The notes under the pieces were generated by a model. That model saw only the letters and a list, made by a program, of their open reading frames with translations. It searched no databases and was not told the origin of the DNA. Positions 21,615 through 32,538 of a DNA stretch of 64,000 bases are shown here, piece by piece. The stretch lies in contig CAWFCZ010000018.1 of NCBI GenBank assembly GCA_963814355.1, positions 637,224-701,223 on the forward strand. The letters are read 5' to 3'. Each line of letters starts with the position of its first letter. Within the stretch, counting starts at the first letter, position 1. Origin of the DNA: an uncultured Actinomycetota bacterium (GTDB lineage Bacteria; Actinomycetota; Actinomycetes; JADGOV01). The translations under genes were made by a program, and so were the position numbers.

Positions 21615-23345
21615 TCACAAGTCCAGCACGAGCTCGGTGGTCGGCTTCGCCGAGCAGATCAGGAGCTCGTCGTCGCCGGGAGGTTCGAGCGGTGGCGTCT
21701 CGTACGACGCAGCGCCGGACAGCACAGCGGTGACACAGGTGTGGCAAACGCCGGTACGACACGACCACTGCGTCGGTAGGTCGCAAGCCTCGGCCAGCTC
21801 GAGCACCGAGGCGTAGGCGTTCGACCAGGTCGTGGTGAGTCCCGACCGGGCGAAGGTGACCCCGGGACCGGTGCCGGGCGGCCCGGATGGCTGATGCGGC
21901 GTCACCCCGTCGGCGCCGACCATACCGGGGTTGATCGGCGAACGCGAGCCGAATCGTTCGGTATGGATGTGGGTCCGGTCGATGCCGACCTCCGCGAGCG
22001 CGGCCGAGATGTCGTCCATGAACCGCTCGGGCCCACAGACATACACACTCGCGTCAGCGGGGAGGCCGAGACCCGCGATCACCTCCCGGTCGAGCCGTCC
22101 CTCCCTCAGGCCGGACTCGGGGGCGAGCGGCCCTCCCGGATTGGTGTAGTAGACCAGCGCGCGAGCCGACGGCAGTCGCCCGAGAAGGCCACCGACCTCG
22201 GCGGCGAAGGCATGGCTGCCCGCATCATGCGTGGTGTGGATCCACCACAAATGTCGCCGGCTGTGCTCACTCGCGAGCCGGTGGAGCATCGCCAGCAGCG
22301 GCGTCTGACCGATGCCCGCGGAGATGAGCAGCACGGGTTCGGGGCCCTGTTCCAGGACGAAGTTACCGCGCGGCGCTGCGACCTCGAGCCGGTCTCCGCG
22401 CTGCAGGTGCGTGGCGAGATGCGAGCTGACCAGCCCGTGCGCCTCACGCTTCACGCTGATCCGGTAGCGGCCGCCGTCCGGGTCACCCGACAGCGAGTAG
22501 GTCCGGACCGGGGTCGGCTCGCCTGCGCCGGGCACGCGGAGGGTGAGGAACTGGCCGGGCCGGTACGCCGGGAGCGCGCCGTCCCCGTCGAGCCGGAACG
22601 ACGTCACGGACGCGCTCTCGGGAACGACGTCGGTGACCGTGAGCGTCCGAAATCCGGCCCAGGCCGGCGGTGTTGCCGCTGGTACGCCGGCCGGGGCCTC
22701 CGCTCCGTGCTCCAGCATGCTCCGGAACGACTCGCGCCACCCCGGGCTCAACGCCGCGATGTCCAAGGCCGCCTTCAGCCGCTCCACGTCGTGCCCCGGC
22801 AGGTACAGCAGCGCGTCGACGTCGGCCACGCTCACCGCGCGGGGGACTCGTCGGGTGCGCACGATCTCGTCGCCCGCGGCGACGTGTCCCTCAGTCAGGA
22901 CGCGCAGGTAGAAGCCCGGACGATGGTGGGAGACCAACAGCGCGGGGAGCTGCGGTTCTCCCATCCGCATCCCCACCCGGAAGCAGGTGACGCGGGGCTG
23001 GGTGACCTCGAATTCCGCCTCGCCGATGCGGTAGCGGTCACCGATGCAGACCTCGTCGTCGTCGAGCCCTTCGACGGTGAGGTTCTCCCCGAACGCGCCG
23101 TGCTCGAGGTCGTCGCGGCCGAGGAACTCCTGCCAGTGCCGATAGGACCCGACCTGGTAAACGAGCAGGGCTCGCTGCTCGCCGCCGTGCCCGGCCAGGT
23201 CGCCTTGCCCGTCACCCTCGATGTTCAGGCGGCGGACCATGCGTGGCCCAGACACCGGCCGCTTCCAGATACCCGTGTGCACGGTGCGGCCTCGCCACGG
23301 CACGTCCTTCGGCATCCCGACGTTGACCGAGAGCACGGTTGCCAT
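21615..23345 (-). CDS. Three-domain fusion: MOSC domain, FAD/NAD(P)-binding ferredoxin-reductase-like domain and C-terminal 2Fe-2S ferredoxin
   Basis: N-terminus MATVLSVNVGMPKDVPWRGRTVHTGIWKRPV (MOSC). RTYSLS flavin-binding motif. C-terminal CRTGVCHTC..C cluster ligands. Confidence 0.7.
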   Translation of the reverse strand: MATVLSVNVGMPKDVPWRGRTVHTGIWKRPVSGPRMVRRLNIEGDGQGDLAGHGGEQRALLVYQVGSYRHWQEFLGRDDLEHGAFGENLTVEGLDDDEVCIGDRYRIGEAEFEVTQPRVTCFRVGMRMGEPQLPALLVSHHRPGFYLRVLTEGHVAAGDEIVRTRRVPRAVSVADVDALLYLPGHDVERLKAALDIAALSPGWRESFRSMLEHGAEAPAGVPAATPPAWAGFRTLTVTDVVPESASVTSFRLDGDGALPAYRPGQFLTLRVPGAGEPTPVRTYSLSGDPDGGRYRISVKREAHGLVSSHLATHLQRGDRLEVAAPRGNFVLEQGPEPVLLISAGIGQTPLLAMLHRLASEHSRRHLWWIHTTHDAGSHAFAAEVGGLLGRLPSARALVYYTNPGGPLAPESGLREGRLDREVIAGLGLPADASVYVCGPERFMDDISAALAEVGIDRTHIHTERFGSRSPINPGMVGADGVTPHQPSGPPGTGPGVTFARSGLTTTWSNAYASVLELAEACDLPTQWSCRTGVCHTCVTAVLSGAASYETPPLEPPGDDELLICSAKPTTELVLDL

Positions 23346-23567
23346 CGCCTCGCACCCCTTCCTGGGTGGTTGCGGCCATCATGCTCTCGACCCCGAGCAT
23401 CCCGACACGGGTCGGCAGCGCACCGGGGACGTGCGTTGTGGGTATCTGGCCTCCGGGACCGGACCAGTGAGTCTCCCTGGTGCGAGGCGGCGCTGTGGTG
23501 AGACGGCATACCCGAAGAGCGTTTGCACAGTTCAGCGCCATGTTTCAGTCACTACTACGACGTCTAG

Positions 23568-24988
23568 CTAGGGCCCGGCCGAGGCTGCCGAGCACCTGTA
23601 CGTACCTGGCATCGTGCGCGTCCAGGCCACTGTCGGGCAGGGCGGTCGAGAGCAGGTCGGCCGCCCGGGTTCCGTGGACGCCGGGGCGCCAGGTGGCGTC
23701 CTCGAACCCCATCGCCGCGACCAGTCGCAGGTCGGACGGCCGAGGAGCGCCAGCTGTTCGTAGATCTCCCGGGCACGGGGAAAGTTGCAGGACCGCACGT
23801 AGTCGGAGGCAGCCGCCAGCAGGAGGCTCGAGTGCTCCAGCTCTTCGCAGCCGGGCAGCGCAGCCGCGCGCTCGAACCAGCCGGCCGCCTCCTCGAACGC
23901 CAGGCTCTCCTCGGCCAGGCGACCCGCGTCACGGCTGTGCGCCAGTGCCCGGTCGTGGAAGCCGAGCGCGCTCGCAGCAAGGAAATGGTGAGCCAGGCGC
24001 GGGATCAGCGCGGTCGGCCGAGGCAGCCGTTCCAGGGCCTGGCCCGCGCACGCGTGGAGGTGGGCGAGCCGCGACGGCGGGGTGCGGTCGATTACGGCCT
24101 GCCGGGTCAACGAGTGGACGAAGGCGAAGCGGGCTCCGTGCTGATCGACCGGCTCGATCAGGCCCGGGGCGACGGCGGCGTCGACGAACTCCAGCGTGCG
24201 CCGACGGTCGGTCCCGCCGGCTGCGATGAGAGCCGCCAGCTCGAACTCGTCCCCAGGACCGCTGCCTGCTCCAGGATGTTCCGGACCGCCTCCCCCATGC
24301 CGGCGATCCGCCCTTCGACAGTGTCGCTGATCGAGGCCGGCACCCGGTGCCAAGACCGCAGGTCAGACACCGCACCACGGCGTTCCAGGTCCGCCCACAT
24401 CTCCCGGAGGAAGAACGGGTTGCCGCCGGTGCGGTCGCGCAGGAGCGCGGCGGCTGCGCGAGCCTGGTCCGGGGCGAGTCCGGTTCGCAAGGCCACGAAC
24501 TGCGCGATGGCGTCGGTGTCCAAGCCGTCCAGGTCGAGCCGTCGGACTCCCTCGAGCCGGTGCATGTCGGCCATCCAGAGGGAAAGCTCGTCGGACCGGT
24601 CGGGCCGGGTGGTGCGGAACGTCGCGATCAGCAGGATGCGGGCCTCGGTCGACGCGCTCGCCAGGTGCTGGAGCATGCCGAGCGAGGGGAGCTGCGCCCG
24701 CTGTAGATCCTCGAGCACCAGGACGAGCGGGCGGGTTTCCGCCAAGCGGGCGAACAGAACGCTCACGGCCTTGAACAGGTCACGCCGCTGGTCCGCGGCC
24801 CCAGGAGGTCCCTCGACGCTGCGCCGGTGCCGGTCGACCTTGACGGACAGCCGTCGCAGCAGCGCGCTCTCATCGTCGAGCACCTGGCTCAGGCTGCCGG
24901 GTGGGCTGTCCTGCATCAGCTGGTCGAGCAGGTCGGCGAACGGCTGGTAGGGGACGCCAGCCGGACGGGCAACGGCGGCAGGGGCCAC
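23568..24988 (-). pseudogene. Second LAL-type regulator fragment (24158-24988 and 23568-24353 in different frames) lacking the Walker A N-terminus and the LuxR HTH
   Basis: LVLVLEDLQ (Walker-B-like), GNPFFLRE motif and a TPR-like continuation. No P-loop and no HTH. Confidence 0.5.
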
Positions 24989-25031
24989 GACGTCACGTCG
25001 CGGTCATCCCCTGGCTGAAGTCGGCGCCCTG

Positions 25032-25293
25032 GCTCAAATCGGCGCCGAGGTCCCGTCGGGCAGGACGCGCCCGGTCACCTCGACGATCACATCGGCCGGC
25101 AGGTCGGCCCGCTCAGCCGCCATGCGGATCGCCTCCGGAGACGACGCCTCGTAGAGACACTAGGTCTTGCGTCGGTCCGCCGACAGGAACGAGTACAGCC
25201 AACTCACGCCTTGCTCATCGTTGATCCGGTTGATGCCGTCAGCCACCTCAGCGACGCCCTCGAGCGCCTGCGCGAAGCGACGCTCGACCATGA
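25032..25293 (-). pseudogene. DUF4242-family small protein with an in-frame amber codon (25151-25153)
   Basis: MPIFMVERRFAQALEGVAEVADGINRINDEQGVSWLYSFLSADRRKT-TAG-CLYEASSPEAIRMAAERADLPADVIVEVTG... The residues after the TAG continue in the same frame and match the family. Confidence 0.55.
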
Positions 25294-25423
25294 AGATCGG
25301 CATGGCGCCTCCCTGACTGCCCCGGTTTCGCGGCGGCGACCCGGCCGACAGACCTTCCCCGGCATCGACACTACGCCGGCTCATCGCCGGCGACCACAGA
25401 CCCACCGAGCCCACGCGCTGGCG

Positions 25424-26201
25424 CTACTTGACCGATCCGGCCATGACCCCCTGGACGAAGAACCGCTGGAAAGTCAGGAAGACCACGAGGGGGACCACCA
25501 GAGACGGGAACGCGCCCGGTGCGAGGATGTCGATGCTGCTCCCGAATTGGCGGGTCTGGCTTGCGAGGGCGACCGTGACCGGCTCGGTCGACTGGTTGCT
25601 GAAGACCAGGGCCACCAAGAGGTCGTTCCAGACCCACAGGAACTGGAAGATCCCGAGCGACGCGATGGCCGGCAAGCCCAGCGGAGTACGACGCGGACGA
25701 AGATCTCACGGCATCGGCCAGGCCACGGCTCGGCTGGTCGGCGTAGATGAGCTCGAAGGTGATGCCCGAGGCCAGGAACGAGATGGCCATGGGCATGAAG
25801 AGGACGGTCTTGAACACCGTGGCCCAGCGCACGTGCTCGGACAGGACCGCGAAGACCAGGCCGAGGATGGTGACGACCGTGGGTGCGACCACGACCCAGA
25901 TCACGTTGTTCTTCACCGCGCGCAGCGTCGAGGTGTCGGTGAAGATCTGGTGGTAGTTGCCCAGGCCGACGAACCGGCCGACCGCTCCGGCCGGCCCGTC
26001 GGCGAACAGGCTCCGCACGATTGTGTAGCCCAGGGGGTAGAGCAGGATCGCCGCCAGCAGGACCAGCGCCGGGGCCAGGAAGACGAGCGCCACCCACCGA
26101 CGCTCACCCGGCGGCCGCTGGAATGCCCCGGGTGCCGCCGGCGGCGGCGCCGGTTCGGCCACCGACTGCGCGCGGCCCAGGGCCGCCCGCGATGCCACCA
26201 C
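25424..26201 (-). pseudogene. Carbohydrate ABC transporter permease, frameshifted and internally deleted
   Basis: N-terminal half in the 25371-26201 ORF (VFLAPALVLLAAILLYPLGYTI..LGNY). C-terminal ..FLTFQRFFVQGVMAGSVK in the 25424-25675 ORF. The total length is too short for an intact permease. Confidence 0.55.
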
Positions 26202-26243
26202 GGCTGACCCTCCTTCGCGCCGTCGCGTAACCAGCCGAGTCGC

Positions 26244-27310
26244 CTACCAGCCGGTCACCGAGCTGGCGTCCTTCTCCAACTGGGTCTGCGCTTGGGCGAC
26301 GTTCCCGTTGCGCAGGAAGGTCTGCAGGACGGCCCATTCGCCCTTGTTGGGCGTCCCGCCGAAGTCGGCCGGCGCCTAGTCGGACATGTCGAAGCGGAAG
26401 TTGTCGCCGACGGAGACGATCTGCTGGCCCAGTTGGGCGGAGGTCGGGTCGGCGTACGCCGAGGAGGGACGTTCTTGTTGGCCGACAGGACCCCGCTGCC
26501 GGAGGCTCCGACCAGCACCTGAGCGGCCTTGGTGGAGGCGAGGAACTCCAGGAACGGCTGGACCGCAGGGTTCGAGGTGAAGCCCACGGCGAAGTCGCCG
26601 GCGGCCTCCAAGCCGGGGCGGATCCGCCGATCGAGGGGAATGCGAAGAACTTCGCCATCGCCCCGACGTGAGCCGGGTCCTTGTCACCGGTGATAGTCGT
26701 CGCGACGAACGAGGCCTCGTAGAACCATCGCGGAGTAGGGGCTGGCCTTGAACACGTTGTCGACGGAGCCGGTGAAGCCGACCTTCAGCGCATTGGTCGG
26801 GCTGCCGATGATCGCCTTGTCGCCCCAGATCTGCTTCAGCGTGGTCAGCGCGGTAGTGACGGATGGATCCGTCCACTTGATCTGATGGTGGGTCAGCTGG
26901 TCGTACTTGCTCAGTCCTGCCGTGCGCAGGTAGACGTTCTCGAACCAGTCGGTCAGGGTTCAGCCGTCTCCTCCGCCGACGGCGATCGGGACCGTGACGC
27001 CGGAGTTGCGCAGCGTCTGAGCGTCGGAGCTGAACTGGGTCCAGGTCTTGGGTAGCGACGTGATCCCAGCGGCCAGGAAGAGCTTGTCGTTGTACCAGAC
27101 CGTGGACTTGTCGGACGCATCCACCGGGACGCCGTAGAGCTTGCCGTTCACCGTCGCGAGCTTGGCCCACTCGGGCGAGAAGTTGGCCTTGACCTCCTGC
27201 TGGGCTGCCGGGTCGACCGGTTGCAGCTTGCCCGCGTTGCCGTACTGCGAGATCCTGCCTGGCTTGATGCTGTTGGTGGTCCTCCTCCTAGCCTCCTGCA
27301 GCCACTCCGG
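26244..27310 (-). pseudogene. ABC transporter sugar-binding protein, split over at least 3 frames
   Basis: Pieces at 26960-27541, 26376-27170 and 26255-26611. Conserved SBP C-terminus ..VLQTFLRNGNVAQAQTQLEKDASSVTGW ends at about 26244. Confidence 0.55.
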
Positions 27311-28025
27311 GCCTTCTCCCGCCCCGAGCACCGGCACTGCGAGCGGGGATTCGACCGCGGCAACCAGCTGCAGGAGCAGTACCTCGCGACCATCAAGGAC
27401 GTCCGCCCGTCGGTCGTCCTGATCCAAAGCAGCAAGGACCTGGGCTCGGGCGTCGTCCTCGAGCCAGGGCGACATCGTCACCAACGACCACGTCGTCGGC
27501 ACGGCAACGTCCATCCCGGTGACGCTCTCCGGGAGCTCCACCAGTCACCCCGCAACGCTCGTCGGCACCTATCCCCCGGACGACCTCGCCGTCATCCGGG
27601 TAAGCGGCGCCGGCACGCTGCGCCCGGCCCACTTCGCCAACTCCTCCAAGCTCGAGGTCCGGCGACATCGTCCTGGGCAGCGGCAACCCTCTGGGCCTGG
27701 CCAGCAGCGTGACCAACGGGATCATCTCCGCGCTCGGCCGGACCGTCAGCGAGGCGACGAGCGCGGACTCGCCCGGCGCCACCCTCCCCGACACCATCCA
27801 GACCAGCGCCGCAATCACCCTCGGCGGCGTCTGGTCGACCTCTCCGGCCAAGTCATGAGGATCCCGACGCTCGCGGCGACCGATCAGCGGCTCGGTGGGG
27901 GGCCGCGCCAAGCATCGGGTTTCGCTATCTCCAGCAACGTCGTCAAGGACATCGCCGCCCAGCTCGTGGCGGACGGCAAGGTCACCCGGTCGCACCGCGC
28001 CGCGCTGGGCATCCGACCTACCTGA
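27290..28025 (+). pseudogene. HtrA/DegP-like S1C serine protease, frameshifted at least twice
   Basis: SVVLIQSS..LGSGVVLE and ..DIVTNDHVV in one frame. GNPLGL..GIISALGR.. in a second frame. C-terminus ..VKDIAAQLVADGKVTRS. Confidence 0.5.
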
Positions 28026-28160
28026 CCCACACCAGGGCACGCCTTTCCCTGCCCGGCGCACTCGCCCGATGTGCGGTGACCGGACATCGCATGGCCCATC
28101 CGATCACGTCACCCGGCAGCTGGCGAGCCTGAGAACGGCCACCTCCAGGAAGTCTTGTCT

Positions 28161-28178
28161 GGCCGCGCGAAGGCGGCC
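28161..28178. promoter_or_regulatory. Palindrome GGCCGCgcgaagGCGGCC between putative -35 (CTTGTC) and -10 (TAGCGT) elements upstream of ydhR-like copy 1. A diverged copy sits upstream of the paralog at 31491-31508.
   Basis: Seen directly. Conserved in both copies of the segmental duplication. Confidence 0.35.
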
Positions 28179-28221
28179 TAGCGTGGGATAGGACGCGAGG
28201 TGGGAAGAGCGAGGTGGTTCC

Positions 28222-28524
28222 GTGATCATCCAGCTGGTGCGCTACAGATCAGAGCTCAGCTACGACGAGGTGCTGAATCGATTCCAGGAGCGCGTCGACA
28301 GCTATCGCGCCGTGCCTGGCCTCCTGCAGAAGTACTACGTCCACTACACGGAGAGCAACCAGTTCGGTGGCGTGTACGTCTGGGAATCCCAAGAAGCGCT
28401 GCAGAACTGGCGAGAAGGCAAGCTCGCAGACACCCTCGCCGAGACGTATCAGGTCACCGAGGGCCCGACCTCCGAAGGCGCCGAGGTCATGCTGGTCCTC
28501 CGCGGTGAGAGCGACTCGCTCTGA
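28222..28524 (+). CDS. YdhR-like putative monooxygenase (dimeric alpha+beta barrel), intact
   Basis: 100 aa. MIIQLVRY..YDEVLNRF..YYVHYTESNQFGGVYVWES.EALQNW. GTG start with GAGGTGG SD. Confidence 0.6.
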   Translation: MIIQLVRYRSELSYDEVLNRFQERVDSYRAVPGLLQKYYVHYTESNQFGGVYVWESQEALQNWREGKLADTLAETYQVTEGPTSEGAEVMLVLRGESDSL

Positions 28525-29408
28525 CCCGCGTTCCCCGGCGCATGAGCGTGGCGGAAGGCCTTCTCCTCCCTGGGGGTGCCGCGACTCTTGCCGATGCGCG
28601 TTCGGCCGCGAAACGTCGGTCACGCGCTCGCCACCGTCGACTCCTACGTCTCCCACTACTCCTGGTTCGAACGAGCCGCTTCCCTGATCGTTAACGCGGA
28701 GGGCGTCGACGCCTGAGGTTGTGCGATGCGAACCCGATGTGGTACTGCAACAGAAGTAAGAAGTGACACGACACCGAATCCTGTGGTTTCGATCGGTGTG
28801 CTGTCTCGTATCCGAAGGCGACGGCCCAGCCGAAGTCGCCGGATAGCGCCTCGGGTGGTCGTCCCACCGAAGGAGAACGATGTGGCCTGGGTGCAGTAGG
28901 CGTCGTCGTCCAGGTGCTCCAGGACGCAGTCAGCTCGCGGATTCAGTTCAACGAACGACGGTCGCAACGCGTTGGACCGGACGTCCAGAGCGCACTCGCG
29001 TACTAGCACAGACTGGACCGGATGGCCCGACACCCGTGAGCGCGAGCTGGGCCATATGGCACTCGCCCCGTTGAGCGAGCGGTCGTCCCCGGCATGTCGG
29101 CGCCCAGCGGGCGGCATGCGACGACCCGAAGACGCGTCTAGCGGCCGGGACCCGACCACGTCAGGTGGTTGGACCCGCCGCCGGCCGAGTGGATGTCGGA
29201 CTACGCAGGTCAACGTCCGGCGACTTCGAACACGTCGGTTCCCTCGACCAGGACGACGTTGCCGTCAGACTCGGGCTGGGCTACGTGGTGGAACGAGAGG
29301 GAGGGGGCGGCGCAGTTCGAGACGACGACGAGCAGGTCTGACCCTGGTCGCCCTTGACGAGGGTGGACGGCGGAGTTCAATGGAGGAGTGTGACGGGAAG
29401 GAGCGAGA

Positions 29409-29786
29409 ATGAGTGGCCTGGTACGCAAGTTAACCGACGGTGAGTTGCGGGAAGCCGAGGGGACGCCGGCCTTGATGCGGCGCATGGCGTTTGAAGGTGA
29501 CGGCCATTGGTTCGGACACGTGGCAGCGGCCCCCGCGACCATGTCCGGGTGGCACCACCACGGCGACAACGTGACGATGGGATACGTCCTCAAAGGGGGC
29601 ATCACCTTGGAGTTCGGGCCGGGCGGGAGCCAGCAGGTCGACGTCGGTGAGGGCGAGTACTTCGAGGTCCCCAAGAACACGGTGCATCGCGAAGGTAACA
29701 ACGCGCTCGAGATCGGCGAAGTCATTATCTCACGCGTGGGCGAGGGCCAACTCGTGTTTCCTACCGACGGCCCAGACGCGTCCTGA
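29409..29786 (+). CDS. Cupin-domain protein
   Basis: Strong SD (GGAAGGAGCGAGA-ATG). GWHHHGDNVTMGYVLKG...EYFEVPKNTVHREGN cupin motifs. Confidence 0.7.
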   Translation: MSGLVRKLTDGELREAEGTPALMRRMAFEGDGHWFGHVAAAPATMSGWHHHGDNVTMGYVLKGGITLEFGPGGSQQVDVGEGEYFEVPKNTVHREGNNALEIGEVIISRVGEGQLVFPTDGPDAS

Positions 29787-30059
29787 CTCACGCGCTATCG
29801 GCCGCTGCACCGACTCACCACGTGACCCTCGGCTCCAGGGGGCCGCTGCCACGAGCGCCTGGGTCCCGGGGTGAGCTCCACGTGGGCCTGTCATCGGGTG
29901 AGAGTCAGGTTGGGTCGCATCCAGCCGGGGATGACTAGGGAGCGCAGGATCACTTGATGTTGGTGATCGGAAGACTGCCGGCGTTTACGGCGGAGGGACG
30001 GTCCTGTTTGTGTGCCAACCGTCGCTGGACCAGGCTGCGGGACCGCGACACCATGGAAC

Positions 30060-31435
30060 GATGACGCGCGCCATCGCGGCCGATTATCTGGTGGTGGGAG
30101 CGGGCGCCATGGGGATGGCCTTCACCGACGCCCTGACCGACCACGCCGACGTTCGGGTGGCGCTAGTCGACCGCCGTCACAGCGCCAGTGGGCACTGGCT
30201 CGAGGCCTACCCGTTCGTCCGTTTGCACCAGGCGTCGGCGTTCTACGGGGTGGCTTCGATACTCCTCGGCGACGGTCAGGTGCAGGAGCACGGACCGGAG
30301 CAGGGCCTGCAGGAGCGGCCACCCAGGCGGAGGTTTGCGCCTACTACGCTCGGACGCTCGACCGGATGCTGGGCTCGGGCCGGGTGGAGTTCCACCCCAA
30401 CAGCGAGTATGTGGGCGGCCGCACGGTCGTCTCGCGGATCTCCGGTGAACGGTTCGAAGCGCCGGAGCGGTGTCGGGTCGTCGACGCCCGCTACCTGGCG
30501 CCCACCATTCCCGCCGAGGTGCCACCCCCCTTCGGCGTCGCCGAGGGCGCCCGGGTGGTGCCGGTCAACGCGCTAGCGGGGCTTGAGGAGGCACCGCGCC
30601 AGTACGTCGTCGTCGGATCCGGCAAGACCGCGACCGACGCGTGCATCTGGCTGCTGTCGCGCGGTGTGGACCCTGATTCGGTGTGTTGGGTGCGGCCCCG
30701 CGACCCGTGGATGCTCAACCGGGCCGTCATCCAGCCAGATCCCGCGGTCTTCTTGGGAACCGCAGCCGCATCATGCAGGCAGCCGAGGCGTCAACCTCGT
30801 TGGAGGACTTGTTCCTCCGGCTGGAGGATGCCGGCGTGATGCTACGCATCGATCAAACGGTGATGCCGACGATGGCCAAGACGCCGACGCTGGCGAAGTG
30901 GGAGCTCGAGCACCTTCGGGCACTTGAGAACGTGGTACGGCGCGGCCACATCCATAGCGTCGACCGGGGCAGGCTCAGCTTCGGTGACGGAGCTGTGGCC
31001 ATCGCCGACGATGCCCTGGTCGTACACTGTGCGGCCGAGGGCCTGAAGTATCCGCCGTTGGTTCCCGTCTGGCGACCCGAGGCGATCACGTTGCAGCCGA
31101 TCCGGGCCGGCTTCCCGTGCTTCGGCGCGGCAGTCATCGGGTACGTCGAGGGGACCCGCGTCGGGGACACCGAGAAGAACCGACTCTGTCCACCGACGCC
31201 ATACCCCGACTCGATGGCGCAGTGGGCGAGGATGAATGTCCTGGGCACCAAGGCGGCCGAGGCGTATTCGGCTGAGCCAGACATCAAAGAGTGGTCTGAC
31301 CGGGTCGCGATCAACCCGGCACGGATCCCACCCGGACATCCGGGATCGGCTGCCCTGGACAACGCACGCGAACGCTTGGCCAAACACACCCGGTCGGGAC
31401 TGGCCCAGCTCGCCAAGCTGAGTGAGCCGCGATGA
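30060..31435 (+). pseudogene. FAD/NAD(P)-binding oxidoreductase, frameshifted near 30300 and 30770
   Basis: DYLVVGAGAMGMA dinucleotide motif. Second motif YVVVGSGKTATDA in frame +3. C-terminal part in the 30683-31435 ORF. Confidence 0.55.
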
Positions 31436-31550
31436 CGCCAACGGGTCCCGGGCGAGCTTGAAACGGGGCACCAGCAGGCAGTTCTTGCCTGCTCGCGCGA
31501 AGGCGGCCTAGCGTCGATAGACCCCGAGGCGAGAGCGGCGAGGTGGTTCC

Positions 31551-31850
31551 GTGATCATCGAACTGGTGCGGTACGGAACAGAGCTCAGCCACGACGAGGT
31601 AGTGAATCGATTCCAGGACCGAGTTGACGCTACCGAGCCGTCCTTGGCCTCGTGCGGAAGTACCACGTCTACTACGTGGGGAGCAACCACTTCGGCGGCT
31701 TATAGGTTGGGAATCCCCCGAGGCGTTACGAACTGGCGAGAAGGCAAACTCGCAGAGACCCTCGCCGCGGCGTATCACGTTACCGACAGCCCGAACTCTG
31801 AAGAGTCCGAGGTGCTGCTGGTCCTCCATGGTCAGAGTGGTCCTTCTCTG
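31551..31850 (+). pseudogene. Degraded paralog of the YdhR-like gene. Part of an about 380-bp segmental duplication (28147-28530 vs 31477-31860).
   Basis: MIIELVRYGTELSHDEVVNRFQDRVD.. then frame loss and an in-frame TAG. The C-terminal ..NWREGKLAETLAAAYHVTDSPNSEESEVLLVLHGQS is recovered in another frame. The 5' flank cgcgcgaaggcggcctagcgt is shared with copy 1. Confidence 0.6.
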
Positions 31851-32538
31851 ACGTCCGCGGCCTGCGCACGGGCGTGGGGAACGCCTGGTTACGCCGTTGG
31901 GTGCGGGACTCTGCCGATGAGCGTTCACCCGCGTAGCGTCGGTGACGCACCTGGCACTGTCGACGTCCACTTCTCTCTCGTCCCGGTTCGGACGGGCTGC
32001 TCCCCACCGTTCAGCGGAGGGCGTCGACGCATGGAGCTGTGCGATCCGCCCCCCTTGTCGGCGCGGCGACCGAGAAGAGTCCAGCAAGGAGCGTGCTGGA
32101 TCCAGCCGGACGCCGCTGCGGAGTCGCCGCGCAGCGGCAACAGGAACACAAGGCCGATGGCAGCCTACGCAGCCCGGGTAGTCTTGCCTCGGCAACCAAC
32201 CGCTCGGGGGCGAACTCGAGCGCCCGGTCGGCCTGACCCAGCCACCACGTCGAGTCCTGCCAGGCGACCAGGTCATCGCCGGAGAGCTCGCAAAGCCGGT
32301 GAGCACGTGACCATGGCTCGTCGGCTCGGCGAACCCGACGCGCGGAGTGCGCCGCGCGTGCCCGCCGGAGCAACTCGGCCTGATCGCTCACCACCGATCG
32401 TCACCGACCAGCTTATGGACAAGGCCGCAGGGACTCACGACTGTCGCGTTGCGATGGTGAGGAACTTTCATCGACCGCGGAGACGATTGGGTATCCAATC
32501 CGATGCGGGTTCGGCGGTGGGTTCCTAGCGTCGGAGTC

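Noticed and set aside
25010-25045. 18-bp imperfect tandem ctggctgaagtcggcgcc / ctggctcaaatcggcgcc
   Set aside because: Lies across the stop codon of the DUF4242 gene. Likely coincidental high-GC sequence similarity with no structural or regulatory context.
28656-29213. 185-aa minus-strand ORF in the locally lower-GC, gene-poor stretch 28530-29400
   Set aside because: No recognisable motifs, no SD, atypical composition for this genome. More likely non-coding or a remnant. A short C-terminal-looking fragment (..FEHVGSLDQDDVAVRLGLGYVVE) at 29220-29330 on the plus strand also lacks context.
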